DNA of 64,000 nt, taken from the NCBI GenBank assembly GCA_050298595.1, contig JBNKUM010000078.1, forward strand, positions 1 to 64,000, given 5' to 3'. This DNA comes from Gammaproteobacteria bacterium. GTDB lineage: Bacteria; Pseudomonadota; Gammaproteobacteria; GCA-001735895. Each line of letters begins with the position of its first letter. Position 1 is the stretch's first letter. A model generated the notes under the pieces. It did not search any database and was not told where the DNA came from. It saw only the letters and a program-made list of their open reading frames with translations. The translations under genes and the position numbers were made by a program. Shown here one piece after another: positions 1-10,351 of the stretch.

Positions 1-22
1 TTGAATAACACCTATTCGAATC

Positions 23-886
23 ATGAATACTAGAGACCTGAGTCCTGAATTATTACGTGCCTTTGTTGCGGTAGTTGATGGGGGCGGTTTTACCCGAGCC
101 GCTTACCGTTTGAATAGTACCCAATCCACGGTCAGCCAGCAGCTTAAGCGGCTGGAGGAACGCCTGGGCGTATGCCTGATGCAGCGAAATACACGAGGTG
201 TAGCTTTAACAGAGCGAGGAGAGTTGATGCTGGGTTATGCCCGGCGATTGTTAGCGCTGAATGACGAGGCACTCTCAGCTCTGGAACAAACCCATCTGCG
301 CGGACGGGTTCGACTCGGTTCGACTCAGGAAGTCGCCGATGGAGGTCTGGCTGATTTACTGGCGCGCTTCACCCGCTTGCATCCTGATGTTGAGCTGGAG
401 ATGCGAGTCGATAGCAATATGGCTTTGCAGCATGAGGTGGAGCAGGGCGAGCTTGATCTGGCGGTATTGTTTCAGGAACCGGGACAGGGAGCAGCCGGTA
501 ACGAAGTTATTGAACGCCTACGCCGGGTATGGGTGTCTGCACCGGGGCTGGTCATCAATCCGGATGAACCGCTGCCACTGATCTTGTCCAATGGCCCCTG
601 CATATTCCGCAATTCAGTTCTGTCGGCACTGGATGCCATTGGTCGACCCTGGCGGATTGTGCTTTCCACCCCCAGTCTTGCTGGAATACGTGCCGGAGTG
701 CGTGCCGGGTTAGGGGTTTGTGTACGTAGTGAGCGTTGGCTGGAACAGGATCTGAAGATCATTGATCAGGACCTGCCCAAACTACCTGATGTCGAGCTTG
801 CTATTCTGTCGGGAGCCAATACCGGAGAATCTGTGGTTGAGCGTTTACGTATTGCTTTACGCGGGGCATTGAGTCAGGCGGCATGA
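23..886 (+). CDS. LysR-family transcriptional regulator
   Basis: N-terminal HTH (LRAFVAVVDGGGFTRAAYRLNSTQSTVSQQLKRLEE) plus LysR substrate domain, 287 aa. Confidence 0.95.
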   Translation: MNTRDLSPELLRAFVAVVDGGGFTRAAYRLNSTQSTVSQQLKRLEERLGVCLMQRNTRGVALTERGELMLGYARRLLALNDEALSALEQTHLRGRVRLGSTQEVADGGLADLLARFTRLHPDVELEMRVDSNMALQHEVEQGELDLAVLFQEPGQGAAGNEVIERLRRVWVSAPGLVINPDEPLPLILSNGPCIFRNSVLSALDAIGRPWRIVLSTPSLAGIRAGVRAGLGVCVRSERWLEQDLKIIDQDLPKLPDVELAILSGANTGESVVERLRIALRGALSQAA

Positions 887-940
887 CTTTAAAAAACAGA
901 TAACCACGAATTTAGTCGTTTTCAATTTGCAGGTTCAATA

Positions 941-1006
941 AACCACGAAGGGCACGAAGAAAAAGATGGAGGTTAATGCTTTTTTATCTTCGTGTGCTTC
1001 GTGGTT
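941..1006. repeat. Long inverted repeat / REP-like hairpin between convergent genes
   Basis: AACCACGAAGGGCACGAAGA (941-960) pairs with TCTTCGTGTGCTTCGTGGTT (987-1006), 2 mismatches; an extra AACCACGAA lies at 902. Confidence 0.7.
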
Positions 1007-1029
1007 AAGGAATTGCTTTTGGATTTATC

Positions 1030-1695
1030 CTATTTGACCTTGATTAGTTCAACTTCAAAAACCAGTGTGGAGTTAGGACCAATTGTACGACCTGAACCTC
1101 GCTCGCCATAGGCCAGTTCTGACGGGATGAATAATTGCCATTTTGCACCTTCCTTCATCAATTGCAGTGCTTCGGTCCAGCCTTTGATAACGCCTGTGAC
1201 CTTGAAAGAAATGCTCTTGCCGCGTTTGTATGAACTATCAAATTCAGTGCCGTCGATCAATGTACCTCTGTAATTTACTTCTACCGTGTCATCAGGCCCG
1301 GGAGACTTACCGGAGCCAGCCTGTATGACTTTGTACTGTAAACCACTCGGAAGTTCGACCACGCCTTCACTGGATTTGTTTGCTTTCAGAAATTTACGAC
1401 CTTCTTTAAGCGTTTGCGCTGCACGCTCCTGTTCTATCTGAGCCTGTTCCTGTTGATATTGTTCTACTGCTTTAGAAATTTCAGTCTTGTCAAGGCGCGA
1501 AGGTTTGTCAGCCAATGAGTCCTTGACGGCCATAGCAAAGGCATTAACATCCAGATCCACGCCCTGGGATTTTATTTGATTAGCCGTTTGAAGGCCCATG
1601 ATGTAACTGATTTTCTGTTTATTGCTGTCAAGATCAGCGGCATGAGCTGAACATACAAATATCAGTGGCAAAAACCACAGTGCGCGGTAAGTCAT
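1030..1695 (-). CDS. FKBP-type peptidyl-prolyl cis-trans isomerase (FkpA/Mip type)
   Basis: Signal peptide, FKBP_N domain, LPSGLQYKV, VNYRGTLIDGTEFDSS, VIKGWTEALQLM, IPSELAYG. Confidence 0.95.
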   Translation of the reverse strand: MTYRALWFLPLIFVCSAHAADLDSNKQKISYIMGLQTANQIKSQGVDLDVNAFAMAVKDSLADKPSRLDKTEISKAVEQYQQEQAQIEQERAAQTLKEGRKFLKANKSSEGVVELPSGLQYKVIQAGSGKSPGPDDTVEVNYRGTLIDGTEFDSSYKRGKSISFKVTGVIKGWTEALQLMKEGAKWQLFIPSELAYGERGSGRTIGPNSTLVFEVELIKVK

Positions 1696-1969
1696 ATTTT
1701 GGTTGCTCCCAAAAAAGACGCTATGTTTGCACAGGTTGTTTGCATTCCCAAACGAAAATTTCTGTAAATAATTAATAGGAGTTTTTTTAATTTTCAGACC
1801 GTTCTGTAAAAATTAAATACCGAATGTAATGCTCAGGGTCAGTACCCGGTATGGTTGATTCCAGATTGAAGTTACGAACCCCCAAAACACTGTTTTCATG
1901 GAAAGTTTTTTTCAATACCCTAAACGCCCAGGTTCATTAGGTCCCGATTTATTCACCTAATCAATTCAT

Positions 1970-3298
1970 TTAATTGTTTCTTGGAATTCCAAGCTTCTGC
2001 CTGCGCTCCCAGAGATTTTTTCTACTAATGCCCAGTTTTGCCGATAACTCAGTTTCATTCAGGCGATTCTGATGGTTTTTCACAAATTCGACAAAGTACT
2101 CATCCATTGATAATTCTGCTGTCATTTCTGACTGCAGTACCGAATTGTTATTGCAATGAATACCGAGTTCCTGACAGCGAATAACCTGATCATTACTTAA
2201 TATGATTGCACGTTCGATGACATTTTCCAGTTCACGTACATTCCCCGGCCAGTGATATTCCTGTAATAGCTTTTTTGCATTTTCACTAAAAGTATATTCA
2301 GTTCTTTGAAATCTTTTCGAGGTGGTATCCAGAATGATTTCAGCAAGTTCCAATATATCTTTTCCTCTGCGTCTTAATGGAGGCATAGTAATTTCCATGA
2401 CATTCAATCGATAGTACAGATCTTCGCGGAATTTTTTCTGTTCTACCATTTCGATCAGATTTCTATGTGTTGCAACAATCAGCCTTATGTCGACATATTG
2501 CATTTTATTTGAACCCACACGACGGATTTCACCTTCCTGCAGCACGCGTAATAGCTGCGCCTGAACATCCAGTGCAAGCTCGCCTATCTCATCCAGAAAC
2601 AGGGTTCCTGCATCGGCTGCTGATATCAATCCTTTATTACTTTGCATGGCCCCTGTGAAAGCGCCTTTTTCGTGACCAAACAGTTCTGACTCTATCAGGT
2701 TTTCTGGAATAGATGCGCAGTTGATACTGATCAACGGCATATCAGCTCTATCACTTTCAGCATGTATTGCCCTTGCAGCCAGTTCTTTTCCGGTACCTGT
2801 CTCTCCCTGAATCAGTACCACAGTATCGGTTTTCGCAACTCGGCTAATACGGTCTTTTACCTGTTTTATCGCATCGCTATTGCCCAGTAAATTTTTGGTG
2901 GGATAACGACTGTCTATCTCACGCTTTAGCGCTTTATTTTGAAATTCTAGTTTCTGATTCTTGATAATTCTTTTAATCGTTAGAATCATTTCATCATGAT
3001 TATAGGGCTTGGAGATATAATCTACGGCTCCCCGTTTCATTGCGTCAACTGCTGATTGTACCGATGAGTAGCTGGTCATAATTAAAACCGGAACCGGCTG
3101 AGCGATAGGGATTAAAGTTGTACCTTCTGCACCAGGCAGTCTAATATCAGCAATAATCAGATCAAAGCCCTGCAAGCCTTCTTTTTCTGCTTCGGCTACC
3201 GATGATACGGCTGTGACCCCATACCCATTTCGTTCTAGCAATCGCTTTAAGCTTTCACTAATAATTTTTTCATCTTCTACAATAAGAATTTCACGCAT
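1970..3298 (-). CDS. cbrB: Sigma54-dependent response regulator, CbrB-like
   Basis: REC domain, AAA+ (GETGTGKE, ELFGHEKGAFTGA) and C-terminal LGISRKNLWERRQKLGIPR typical of CbrB; overlaps the end of the CbrA-like kinase gene. Confidence 0.85.
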   Translation of the reverse strand: MREILIVEDEKIISESLKRLLERNGYGVTAVSSVAEAEKEGLQGFDLIIADIRLPGAEGTTLIPIAQPVPVLIMTSYSSVQSAVDAMKRGAVDYISKPYNHDEMILTIKRIIKNQKLEFQNKALKREIDSRYPTKNLLGNSDAIKQVKDRISRVAKTDTVVLIQGETGTGKELAARAIHAESDRADMPLISINCASIPENLIESELFGHEKGAFTGAMQSNKGLISAADAGTLFLDEIGELALDVQAQLLRVLQEGEIRRVGSNKMQYVDIRLIVATHRNLIEMVEQKKFREDLYYRLNVMEITMPPLRRRGKDILELAEIILDTTSKRFQRTEYTFSENAKKLLQEYHWPGNVRELENVIERAIILSNDQVIRCQELGIHCNNNSVLQSEMTAELSMDEYFVEFVKNHQNRLNETELSAKLGISRKNLWERRQKLGIPRNN

Positions 3299-6236
3299 AG
3301 CTTTCTACTTTAGTTTTGATAATGTTGGGCAACCGCACAACAAACTCAGTACCCATATTTACTTCACTCACAACTTCTATTTGTCCGTCATGATCTCTGA
3401 CTATGTTATACGCTAAGGAAAGTCCCAGGCCTGTGCCATCGCCTGCCTGCTTGGTGGTAAAGAAAGGATCAAACAGTTTTTTTAAATTTTTCTGTTCGAT
3501 GCCATGCCCACTATCAATAATGCGAATTACAATAGATTCTTCCTCAATACCCGCTTCGATATTTACCTGCGACCCCTGCTCAGATGCATCGCTGGCATTG
3601 TCCAGCAGGATGACTAATACCTGCTGTAATTTCTGATAATCCCCCATCACTCTTAATTCAGGGTCACAGTGAATAGTAAAATAAATCTGCTTGCCTTTCT
3701 CTCCCAGCCGAATCAGGCTGACAGAATCTTCGATCATTTTTTTTACATTTTCAGGTTCCGATCGGTGATCATAGTGATGACCAGCATGACTGTAACTGAC
3801 CAGCGACTGCACGATACGTGTTATACGTCCGGTGAGCTGTAGAATATTTTCCAGACTGGACTTGCGTAATTCATCATCTTCGGGCATGGCCTGTACATCC
3901 TGTGCCAGACAGGCGATTCCGGTTACCGGGTTACCGATTTCATGAGCCACACCTGTCGCAAGGCGACCTATGGAAGCGAGTCGTTCACTATGCGCAAGCT
4001 CAGCCTCTAACTGATAGATTTCCGAGTGATCTTCGATCAATACTACATAGCCATGATGCTCATCATCCAGCTTACCGCTGACCTCAGACTTAAATAGATT
4101 CAATATATGCAAGCTGTCATTCAGAGTCACCTTCAATGACCGTTTTACCGCCTTTGTATCACTGATAAATTCATGCAGTAACTCTGACCAGGGCTTTTCC
4201 AGCTGGCCCAGGCCCATACCAATTACTTTTGATTCTTCCTGCCTGGACAATTCCTGCATTGCCATATTCCAGCTGACTACCTGTAATTCAGGGCTGACAG
4301 TAACAACCGCAAGCGGTAAATCGTGCAATACCTGTCGGTGGAAACGTCTCAGAGAATCCAGTTCACCAGCCACTTCTTTTAACTCAGTGCGTGAACCCGC
4401 AAGACTTTCCTCTACAAAGCGAATGGTGTCAGCAATCGCAACCTTGGCGGTGGTATCCACTTTCAATTGCTCATTCACTACCATACCTGCCAGTACCGGT
4501 CCCACCAGGCCCGAAAGGTTATGCCTGATTTGCATACGCAGCCTGCCCAGGTCATTACGATCCAGGTTTTCTCGCTGCATGGATAAATCGCTTAATGCCA
4601 GATTAATTTCATGGCTCGCCATTTTGCCGCCAATCATTTCTGCCAGTCGCTCTTCAAACTGCTGTATGGTATTTGCATAGGGTATGATCTGCGAAGATGA
4701 AAAGCGCTCGCTATAGCAGGCAAGTGCCGCATTACTCTCCTCTACCGACTGTGGTCGCAATATCGATACCAGTACGAATAGCATTGCGTTCGCCATCAGG
4801 GTCCATACCGCACTCTCGGTAGACGACATAGGGACCATAATCGTTTGAAAGATACTGTCGCTAATCCAGCCCGCCTTTTCGAATAACGGCAGAATCAGGC
4901 TTAGCACCCAGATCAAAGCGCCAGCCAATAGACCACTTATAAACCCATCGCGGCTGGCTTTGCGCCAGAAAAGCACTCCAAAAATTCCCGGTAAAAACTG
5001 CGCCACTGCTACAAAAGCGATCAAACCGAGATCGGTTAGCTCCTGATGCTTTTGCAGATAAAGATAGAACAGATACCCGGCAAGAATGATTAAGCCAATC
5101 AGGATGCGTTTTCCCCAGATCAATAGAGAATACAGGCTCACCCCCATCATGCGCTGTCGATTTGGGAAACTCAGTGGCAAGATCAGATGATTCAGGCACA
5201 TGGAGGCCAGTGCAATACTGGTAACGATGATCATCGCGGAAGCCGCTGAAACCCCGCCTAAAAACACAAAAACCGGTAGCCAGGGTGAATGGCTTTGCAT
5301 CGCTACCCCAATCACATATAGATCAGCCCCATAGCTCAGATCGAGGTTCCGCCCAGCCCACAGGATAGGCGGTATAAACAGGTTTAACAGCAGTAACATG
5401 AGTGGAAATGCCCAACTGGCATAACTCAGATTTGAAGGCCTGATGTTCTCCACAAAGATCATATGGAACTGTCGAGGGAGCAGAAAAGCGGCAGAAAAAG
5501 ACAATAGCAACATCATGCCCCAGGGGCCATCGTGTATTGGTTGCATCATATTGGCGATTGCCTGAGGGTTATTCTCAAGCCATCCGGCAAACCCTTCAAA
5601 GCCATTGAAGATACCAAACACTGCGTACAGTCCCACTACCATCAGCGCTATTAACTTGACCAGAGACTCAAAAGCTATCGCAACCACCAGACCTTCATGC
5701 TTCTCACGCGAGGTGATATGTCTTGCACCAAACAGAATGGCAAACAGTGTAATGGTCAGACAAAAGCCCATGGAGATGACCTGAGCGGGTGCGTCTTCAG
5801 ATAACACTTGCAGGGTATCGGTAACCGCCTGAATCTGCAGTGCTATATAAGGCAGCGCACCGGTGAGCATGAACAGGGTAACCAGTACTCCGGCAAGCTG
5901 GCTGTGATAACGAAACGCCATCAAATCAGCTAAAGATGATAGCTGATAATCTTTAATAAGATGAAGAATGGGCCTGAGTAATATCGGAGAAGCCAGAAAA
6001 GCAATCGTTACACCTAGATACACCGCAAGGAAGATATACCCTTCGCGTTCAGCAAGCCCTACGCTGCCATAATAACTCCAGGATGTCGCATACACTCCTA
6101 GCGATAAGGTATAGACCAATGGATGTCTGGCCAGAGATTCGGGTAATCGTTTATTTTCTGCTGCCGCAGCAATAATAAACAGCAGGCCCAGATAGAGCAC
6201 CGCAAACAGGAATAACTGCCAAAGCTCAAAGTTCAT
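3291..6236 (-). CDS. cbrA: SLC5/SSS transporter-PAS-histidine kinase, CbrA-like
   Basis: SSS membrane domain (YTLSLGVYATSWSYYGSVG, FLLPRQFH), PAS, H-box GVAHEIGNP, FDPFFTTK and GTGLGL, no receiver domain. Start moved to ATG 6236 (MNFELWQ), which overlaps the upstream small ORF. Confidence 0.88.
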   Translation of the reverse strand: MNFELWQLFLFAVLYLGLLFIIAAAAENKRLPESLARHPLVYTLSLGVYATSWSYYGSVGLAEREGYIFLAVYLGVTIAFLASPILLRPILHLIKDYQLSSLADLMAFRYHSQLAGVLVTLFMLTGALPYIALQIQAVTDTLQVLSEDAPAQVISMGFCLTITLFAILFGARHITSREKHEGLVVAIAFESLVKLIALMVVGLYAVFGIFNGFEGFAGWLENNPQAIANMMQPIHDGPWGMMLLLSFSAAFLLPRQFHMIFVENIRPSNLSYASWAFPLMLLLLNLFIPPILWAGRNLDLSYGADLYVIGVAMQSHSPWLPVFVFLGGVSAASAMIIVTSIALASMCLNHLILPLSFPNRQRMMGVSLYSLLIWGKRILIGLIILAGYLFYLYLQKHQELTDLGLIAFVAVAQFLPGIFGVLFWRKASRDGFISGLLAGALIWVLSLILPLFEKAGWISDSIFQTIMVPMSSTESAVWTLMANAMLFVLVSILRPQSVEESNAALACYSERFSSSQIIPYANTIQQFEERLAEMIGGKMASHEINLALSDLSMQRENLDRNDLGRLRMQIRHNLSGLVGPVLAGMVVNEQLKVDTTAKVAIADTIRFVEESLAGSRTELKEVAGELDSLRRFHRQVLHDLPLAVVTVSPELQVVSWNMAMQELSRQEESKVIGMGLGQLEKPWSELLHEFISDTKAVKRSLKVTLNDSLHILNLFKSEVSGKLDDEHHGYVVLIEDHSEIYQLEAELAHSERLASIGRLATGVAHEIGNPVTGIACLAQDVQAMPEDDELRKSSLENILQLTGRITRIVQSLVSYSHAGHHYDHRSEPENVKKMIEDSVSLIRLGEKGKQIYFTIHCDPELRVMGDYQKLQQVLVILLDNASDASEQGSQVNIEAGIEEESIVIRIIDSGHGIEQKNLKKLFDPFFTTKQAGDGTGLGLSLAYNIVRDHDGQIEVVSEVNMGTEFVVRLPNIIKTKVESYA

Positions 6237-6429
6237 GCTTTTTAAGGTTTCGTTGTAGCCACCATGATGCGGCAATACACACCATCCACACCAGGTAAGG
6301 GCTATACCAGGGGGCATCAAGGGCTGCCCAGAATTCAGTAAGAGGCGACAGCAGCAATAGCAGTATAAACATCACAGCTACTGCAGTGTGATCGCCAAGT
6401 TTCGGGTTTTTTTCTGGTGATGCCATCAC
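6226..6429 (-). CDS. cbrX: Small membrane peptide, CbrX-like
   Basis: 67-aa hydrophobic ORF with SP...W...WYSPYLVW...LQ...EL pattern; its 3' end overlaps the cbrA start (CATGAACTTTGA), as cbrX does in Pseudomonas. Confidence 0.75.
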   Translation of the reverse strand: MMASPEKNPKLGDHTAVAVMFILLLLLSPLTEFWAALDAPWYSPYLVWMVCIAASWWLQRNLKKHEL

Positions 6430-6502
6430 TCAAACCTCTATTTGCAATGCCTTTTATATGGGCTTAAAAAATAATACGAAAAATGTGACATTTTTATCAC
6501 AG

Positions 6503-6542
6503 TGTTACCTATAGAAACACAATTGCGTTACGCATGGTAACA
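6503..6542. promoter_or_regulatory. Two tandem CbrB-type upstream activating sequences
   Basis: TGTTAC-N5-GAAACA (6503-6519) and CGTTAC-N5-GTAACA (6526-6542), 23 bp apart, upstream of a sigma54 promoter. Confidence 0.65.
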
Positions 6543-6606
6543 CAAGTGAAATTCCTGTGTGAATCATAAAAAACAAATGACTGTTTTTTTATAACTATAT
6601 AACTAT

Positions 6607-6622
6607 TGGCACGAGTAGTGCT
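6607..6622 (+). promoter_or_regulatory. Sigma54 (-24/-12) promoter of the ABC transporter operon
   Basis: TGGCACGAGTAGTGCT, GG-N10-GC spacing. Confidence 0.75.
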
Positions 6623-6748
6623 CTATATTGCGCGATATGTGTGCGCATATGCACCATATTAACGACATTGATTATAAATCGAGATAGCTAAGGGTGTGTG
6701 AATGTCATGCAAAACCCTGAGTTCTAACAATAAAATGAGGAATCATTC

Positions 6749-8095
6749 ATGAGTAAAAAAACAACTAACGAGAGCAGACGCGACTTTTTAAAAGCCACTG
6801 CTGCCACCGGAGTTGCCGCAAGCGCACCTATGTTTTTCATCAAAGATAGCTATGCAGCGGATAAGGTTTTCCGTAACACCCCTAAAGGCAAAACAGTAAC
6901 TTTTGGTTTCAACGTTCCACAAACCGGCGCCTATGCTGACGAAGGCGCGGATGAATTACGCGCTTACAAACTGGCCGTTAAACACTTAAACGGCGAAGGC
7001 GATGGCGGCATGATGAATACCATGAAGCCTTCATCTCTTAAGGGCAACGGTATTCTGGGCAAGAAAGTCGCCTATGTTACTGGTGACACCCAGACCAAAT
7101 CTGACGCTGCCCGTGCATCTGCCAAGCGTATGATCGAAAAAGACGGCGCGCTGATGATCACTGGTGGTTCTTCTTCCGGTGTGGCGGTTGCTGTACAGGG
7201 TCTTTGCCAGGAAATGGGCATCATCTTCATGGCCGGCCTGACTCACTCAAACGACACCACAGGCAAGGATAAGAAGCGTTATGGCTTCCGTCACTTTTTC
7301 AACGCTTACATGTCTGGAAGAGCCTTAGGTCCTGTACTGAAGAAAGAATATGGAACTGATAGAAAAGCCTACCACCTGACAGCTGACTATACCTGGGGCT
7401 GGACACAGGAAGAATCTATCAAAGACACTACCGAAGCTCTGGGCTGGAAGACTACTGCCACAGTTAAAACTCCAGTTGGCGCGGGTGACTTCTCACAGTA
7501 CATCACTCCTATCCTCAACTCTGGTGCTGACGTTCTGATCCTCAACCACTATGGTAAGGATATGATTAACTCTCTAACACAGGCCGTTCAATTCGGACTG
7601 AGAGACAAGCAGGTTAACGGTAAAAACTTTGAAATCATCGTCCCTTTATTTTCACGTCTGATGGCTCAGGGTGCTGGTGAGAATATGAGAGGTATTCTTG
7701 GTACCACTAACTGGAACTGGGCACTGAAAGATGCGGGTTCACAGGCATTCGTAAAATCCTTTGGTGCTGAATACGGCTTCCCACCTTCACAGGCTGCTCA
7801 CACCTGTTACGTACAGACTCTGCTGTATGCCAACGCCTGCGAAATGGCGGGTACTTTCTACCCACCAGAGGTCATCAAATCTCTGGAAGGCTTTAACTTC
7901 GACGGCCTGGGCAACGGCAAGACTCTATACCGTGCCGAAGATCACCAGTGCTTCAAAGATGTACTGGTGGTACGCGGTAACATGAAACCTACCAGTCAGT
8001 TTGACCTGCTGGAAATCGTTCAGGAAGTGCCTCGCTCACAGGTTGAGTACGATGCCAAAATCTTTGGTGGCGACCTTGGCCCCTATGTGGTTTAA
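6749..8095 (+). CDS. ABC transporter substrate-binding protein (LivJ-like fold), Tat-exported
   Basis: SRRDFLK twin-arginine signal; periplasmic binding protein type 1 pattern; first gene of a Liv-type operon. Confidence 0.9.
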   Translation: MSKKTTNESRRDFLKATAATGVAASAPMFFIKDSYAADKVFRNTPKGKTVTFGFNVPQTGAYADEGADELRAYKLAVKHLNGEGDGGMMNTMKPSSLKGNGILGKKVAYVTGDTQTKSDAARASAKRMIEKDGALMITGGSSSGVAVAVQGLCQEMGIIFMAGLTHSNDTTGKDKKRYGFRHFFNAYMSGRALGPVLKKEYGTDRKAYHLTADYTWGWTQEESIKDTTEALGWKTTATVKTPVGAGDFSQYITPILNSGADVLILNHYGKDMINSLTQAVQFGLRDKQVNGKNFEIIVPLFSRLMAQGAGENMRGILGTTNWNWALKDAGSQAFVKSFGAEYGFPPSQAAHTCYVQTLLYANACEMAGTFYPPEVIKSLEGFNFDGLGNGKTLYRAEDHQCFKDVLVVRGNMKPTSQFDLLEIVQEVPRSQVEYDAKIFGGDLGPYVV

Positions 8096-8112
8096 GATTT
8101 AACCTTGAAGTC

Positions 8113-8145
8113 AGCCATACCACTTAAGGTGGTATGGCTTTTTTT
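8113..8145 (+). terminator. Intrinsic terminator/stabilising hairpin after the binding-protein gene
   Basis: AGCCATACCAC-TTAAG-GTGGTATGGCT followed by a T run. Confidence 0.8.
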
Positions 8146-8171
8146 AAACCTATAATAAAGAAGTAAAAATT

Positions 8172-9188
8172 ATGGATGCCATCCTGATTCAAATTCTTAA
8201 TGGCCTTGATAAAGGCGGTGCCTATGCTTTGATAGCCCTCGGTCTGACTCTGGCCTTCGGTACTCTGGGAATAGTCAACTTCGCTCACGGCGCATTATTC
8301 ATGCTAGGTGCTTTCTGTGCCGTTTCATTTCAACAGATTCTAACTATTTCAAAAAAGGTTAAAGACCCAACTATTACCTTTTTTGATGCTTATAAAGAAC
8401 AGCCTTACCTGGAAATATGGTGGGGGGATACCGGCACCGCTATTATAGACTATGCGGTTCCATTATCGATAATCGCCGCCATCCCCGTTATGTTGTTAAT
8501 CGGTGTTGCCATGGAACGTGGCCTGATTAAACATTTTTACAAACGTACTCATGCTGAACAGATACTGGTAACCTTTGGTCTTGCTATCGTTATACAGGAA
8601 TTGATTAAAACTTTCTTTGGCGCCAACCCTATCCCTACACCCGCACCTGAAATTGTCTCAGGCAGTGCGGCTATTGGTGCCATGCTGGGCTTGAGTGATT
8701 CACTGGTTTATCCCTGGTGGCGACTCATCTATCTAGCCTTCTCCGGCGTCATTATTTTTGGCGTATTTTCCTTCCTGAAATTTACTACCTTCGGCATGGT
8801 GGTTCGTGCCGGTATGGCTGACCGTGAAACGGTTGGTTTGTTAGGTATCAATGTACAGAAAAGATTTACCATAGTTTTTGGCCTGGCCACCGTAGTTGCT
8901 GGTCTCGCAGGCGTCATGTACGCCCCAATTCTGCCACCTGATTACCATATGGGCATGGATTTTCTGGTGCTATCTTTTGTAGTCGTGGTCGTAGGTGGAA
9001 TGGGCTCCCTGGAAGGCGCAGTAGCAGCTGGCTTCCTGCTCGGCATTCTGCAATCTTTCGCATCCATGAATGAAATTAAATCCATCTTCCCTGGCATTGA
9101 TCAGATCATTATCTATCTGGTAGCCGTAGTAGTTTTACTGGTAAGGCCTCGCGGTCTGCTGGGTCGTGAAGGCGTGATGGAGGAGTGA
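8172..9188 (+). CDS. Branched-chain amino acid-type ABC permease (LivH-like)
   Basis: [30 protein letters not shown]. Confidence 0.92.
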   Translation: MDAILIQILNGLDKGGAYALIALGLTLAFGTLGIVNFAHGALFMLGAFCAVSFQQILTISKKVKDPTITFFDAYKEQPYLEIWWGDTGTAIIDYAVPLSIIAAIPVMLLIGVAMERGLIKHFYKRTHAEQILVTFGLAIVIQELIKTFFGANPIPTPAPEIVSGSAAIGAMLGLSDSLVYPWWRLIYLAFSGVIIFGVFSFLKFTTFGMVVRAGMADRETVGLLGINVQKRFTIVFGLATVVAGLAGVMYAPILPPDYHMGMDFLVLSFVVVVVGGMGSLEGAVAAGFLLGILQSFASMNEIKSIFPGIDQIIIYLVAVVVLLVRPRGLLGREGVMEE

Positions 9189-10351
9189 TGATGAAAAATG
9201 CTTTAAAGAATAATATGACCGTGATGCTGATATTTTCAGTACTGGTACTTACTGCCCCCATCTGGCTGTCTCCAATTGGCGCTGGCTACCCTGACCTGCT
9301 ACAGAAGTTTGCAATCTTTGGCATTTTCGCCATCGGCTTTAACATTCTGTTTGGCATGACCGGATACCTGTCGTTTGGGCACGCAGCATTTCTCGGTGTG
9401 GGTTCCTATACAGCAGTGTGGACATTCAAGCTATTCACTATGAATGTTATTCCTGCAGTAATCTTCGGCACCCTGTTGTCCGGAGTATTTGCGCTGGTAA
9501 TAGGCTTTATCAGCCTGCGCCGTTCGGGTATTTACTTCTCTATCCTGACCCTGGCTTTCGCACAGATGTCTTATAGCCTTGCTTATTCGGTACTAACACC
9601 GATTACCAATGGTGAAACCGGTCTGCAATTAACCCTGCAGGATCCTCGTTACATCGACGCAATGTTCGGCATCGAAGTTACTGAAGGTCTGCCTAACACC
9701 AATATGTTCGGTATGTCGATCAGCGGTTATTCTGGCTTTTACTTTTGCGCAGTTTTACTAATCCTGGCGTTTTATGTATCGCTAAAGATCTTCCGCTCGC
9801 CTTATGGTTTGAAGTTAACTGCAATCAAATCAAATCAGACACGCATGAAGTACACTGGCTTTAATACCCGACCTTATCTGTTATCAGCATTTGTCATCTC
9901 CGGTATGTATGCCGGACTGGCTGGCAGCCTGATGGCAGCAACTGATCCATTGGCAGGTGCTGAGCGTATGCAATGGACCGCTTCGGGCGAGGTGGTACTG
10001 ATGACTATCCTGGGTGGATCTGGAACACTGGTTGGTCCATTACTCGGCGTAGGTATCATTAAATACTTCGAAAATATTTTCTCTTCTCTTAACGATTCAG
10101 CATTGCATCAAATTTTCAATTACATGCCTGAACTGCTGGAGAATATTACCGTTGGCATCACTCGACATTTCGTGGGTGAGGGCTGGCATCTGACACTAGG
10201 AGCATTATTCATGCTGGTCGTTATTTTCCTGCCTGGTGGTGTGATGGAAGGACTTACTCGATTGACCAACTTTACCAGGAAGAAGCTGGGAATGGGAGGC
10301 AACTCTGAAGAAGATATTGTTGAAACCACTACCGTGGAGAACAGCAAATGA
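9185..10351 (+). CDS. Branched-chain amino acid-type ABC permease (LivM-like)
   Basis: [36 protein letters not shown]. Confidence 0.92.
   Translation: MMMKNALKNNMTVMLIFSVLVLTAPIWLSPIGAGYPDLLQKFAIFGIFAIGFNILFGMTGYLSFGHAAFLGVGSYTAVWTFKLFTMNVIPAVIFGTLLSGVFALVIGFISLRRSGIYFSILTLAFAQMSYSLAYSVLTPITNGETGLQLTLQDPRYIDAMFGIEVTEGLPNTNMFGMSISGYSGFYFCAVLLILAFYVSLKIFRSPYGLKLTAIKSNQTRMKYTGFNTRPYLLSAFVISGMYAGLAGSLMAATDPLAGAERMQWTASGEVVLMTILGGSGTLVGPLLGVGIIKYFENIFSSLNDSALHQIFNYMPELLENITVGITRHFVGEGWHLTLGALFMLVVIFLPGGVMEGLTRLTNFTRKKLGMGGNSEEDIVETTTVENSK

Noticed and set aside
1696-1969. crcZ-like sRNA downstream of cbrB
   Set aside because: No sigma54 motif on the minus strand and no repeated AAnAAnAA motifs.
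6237-6320. N-terminal extension of the kinase in the ORF track
   Set aside because: It overlaps the cbrX-like ORF; ATG 6236 gives a typical CbrA start.
6484-6501. CRP-like site TGTGA...TCACA
   Set aside because: The spacer is 8 nt rather than 6; it is more plausibly a weak third enhancer site.
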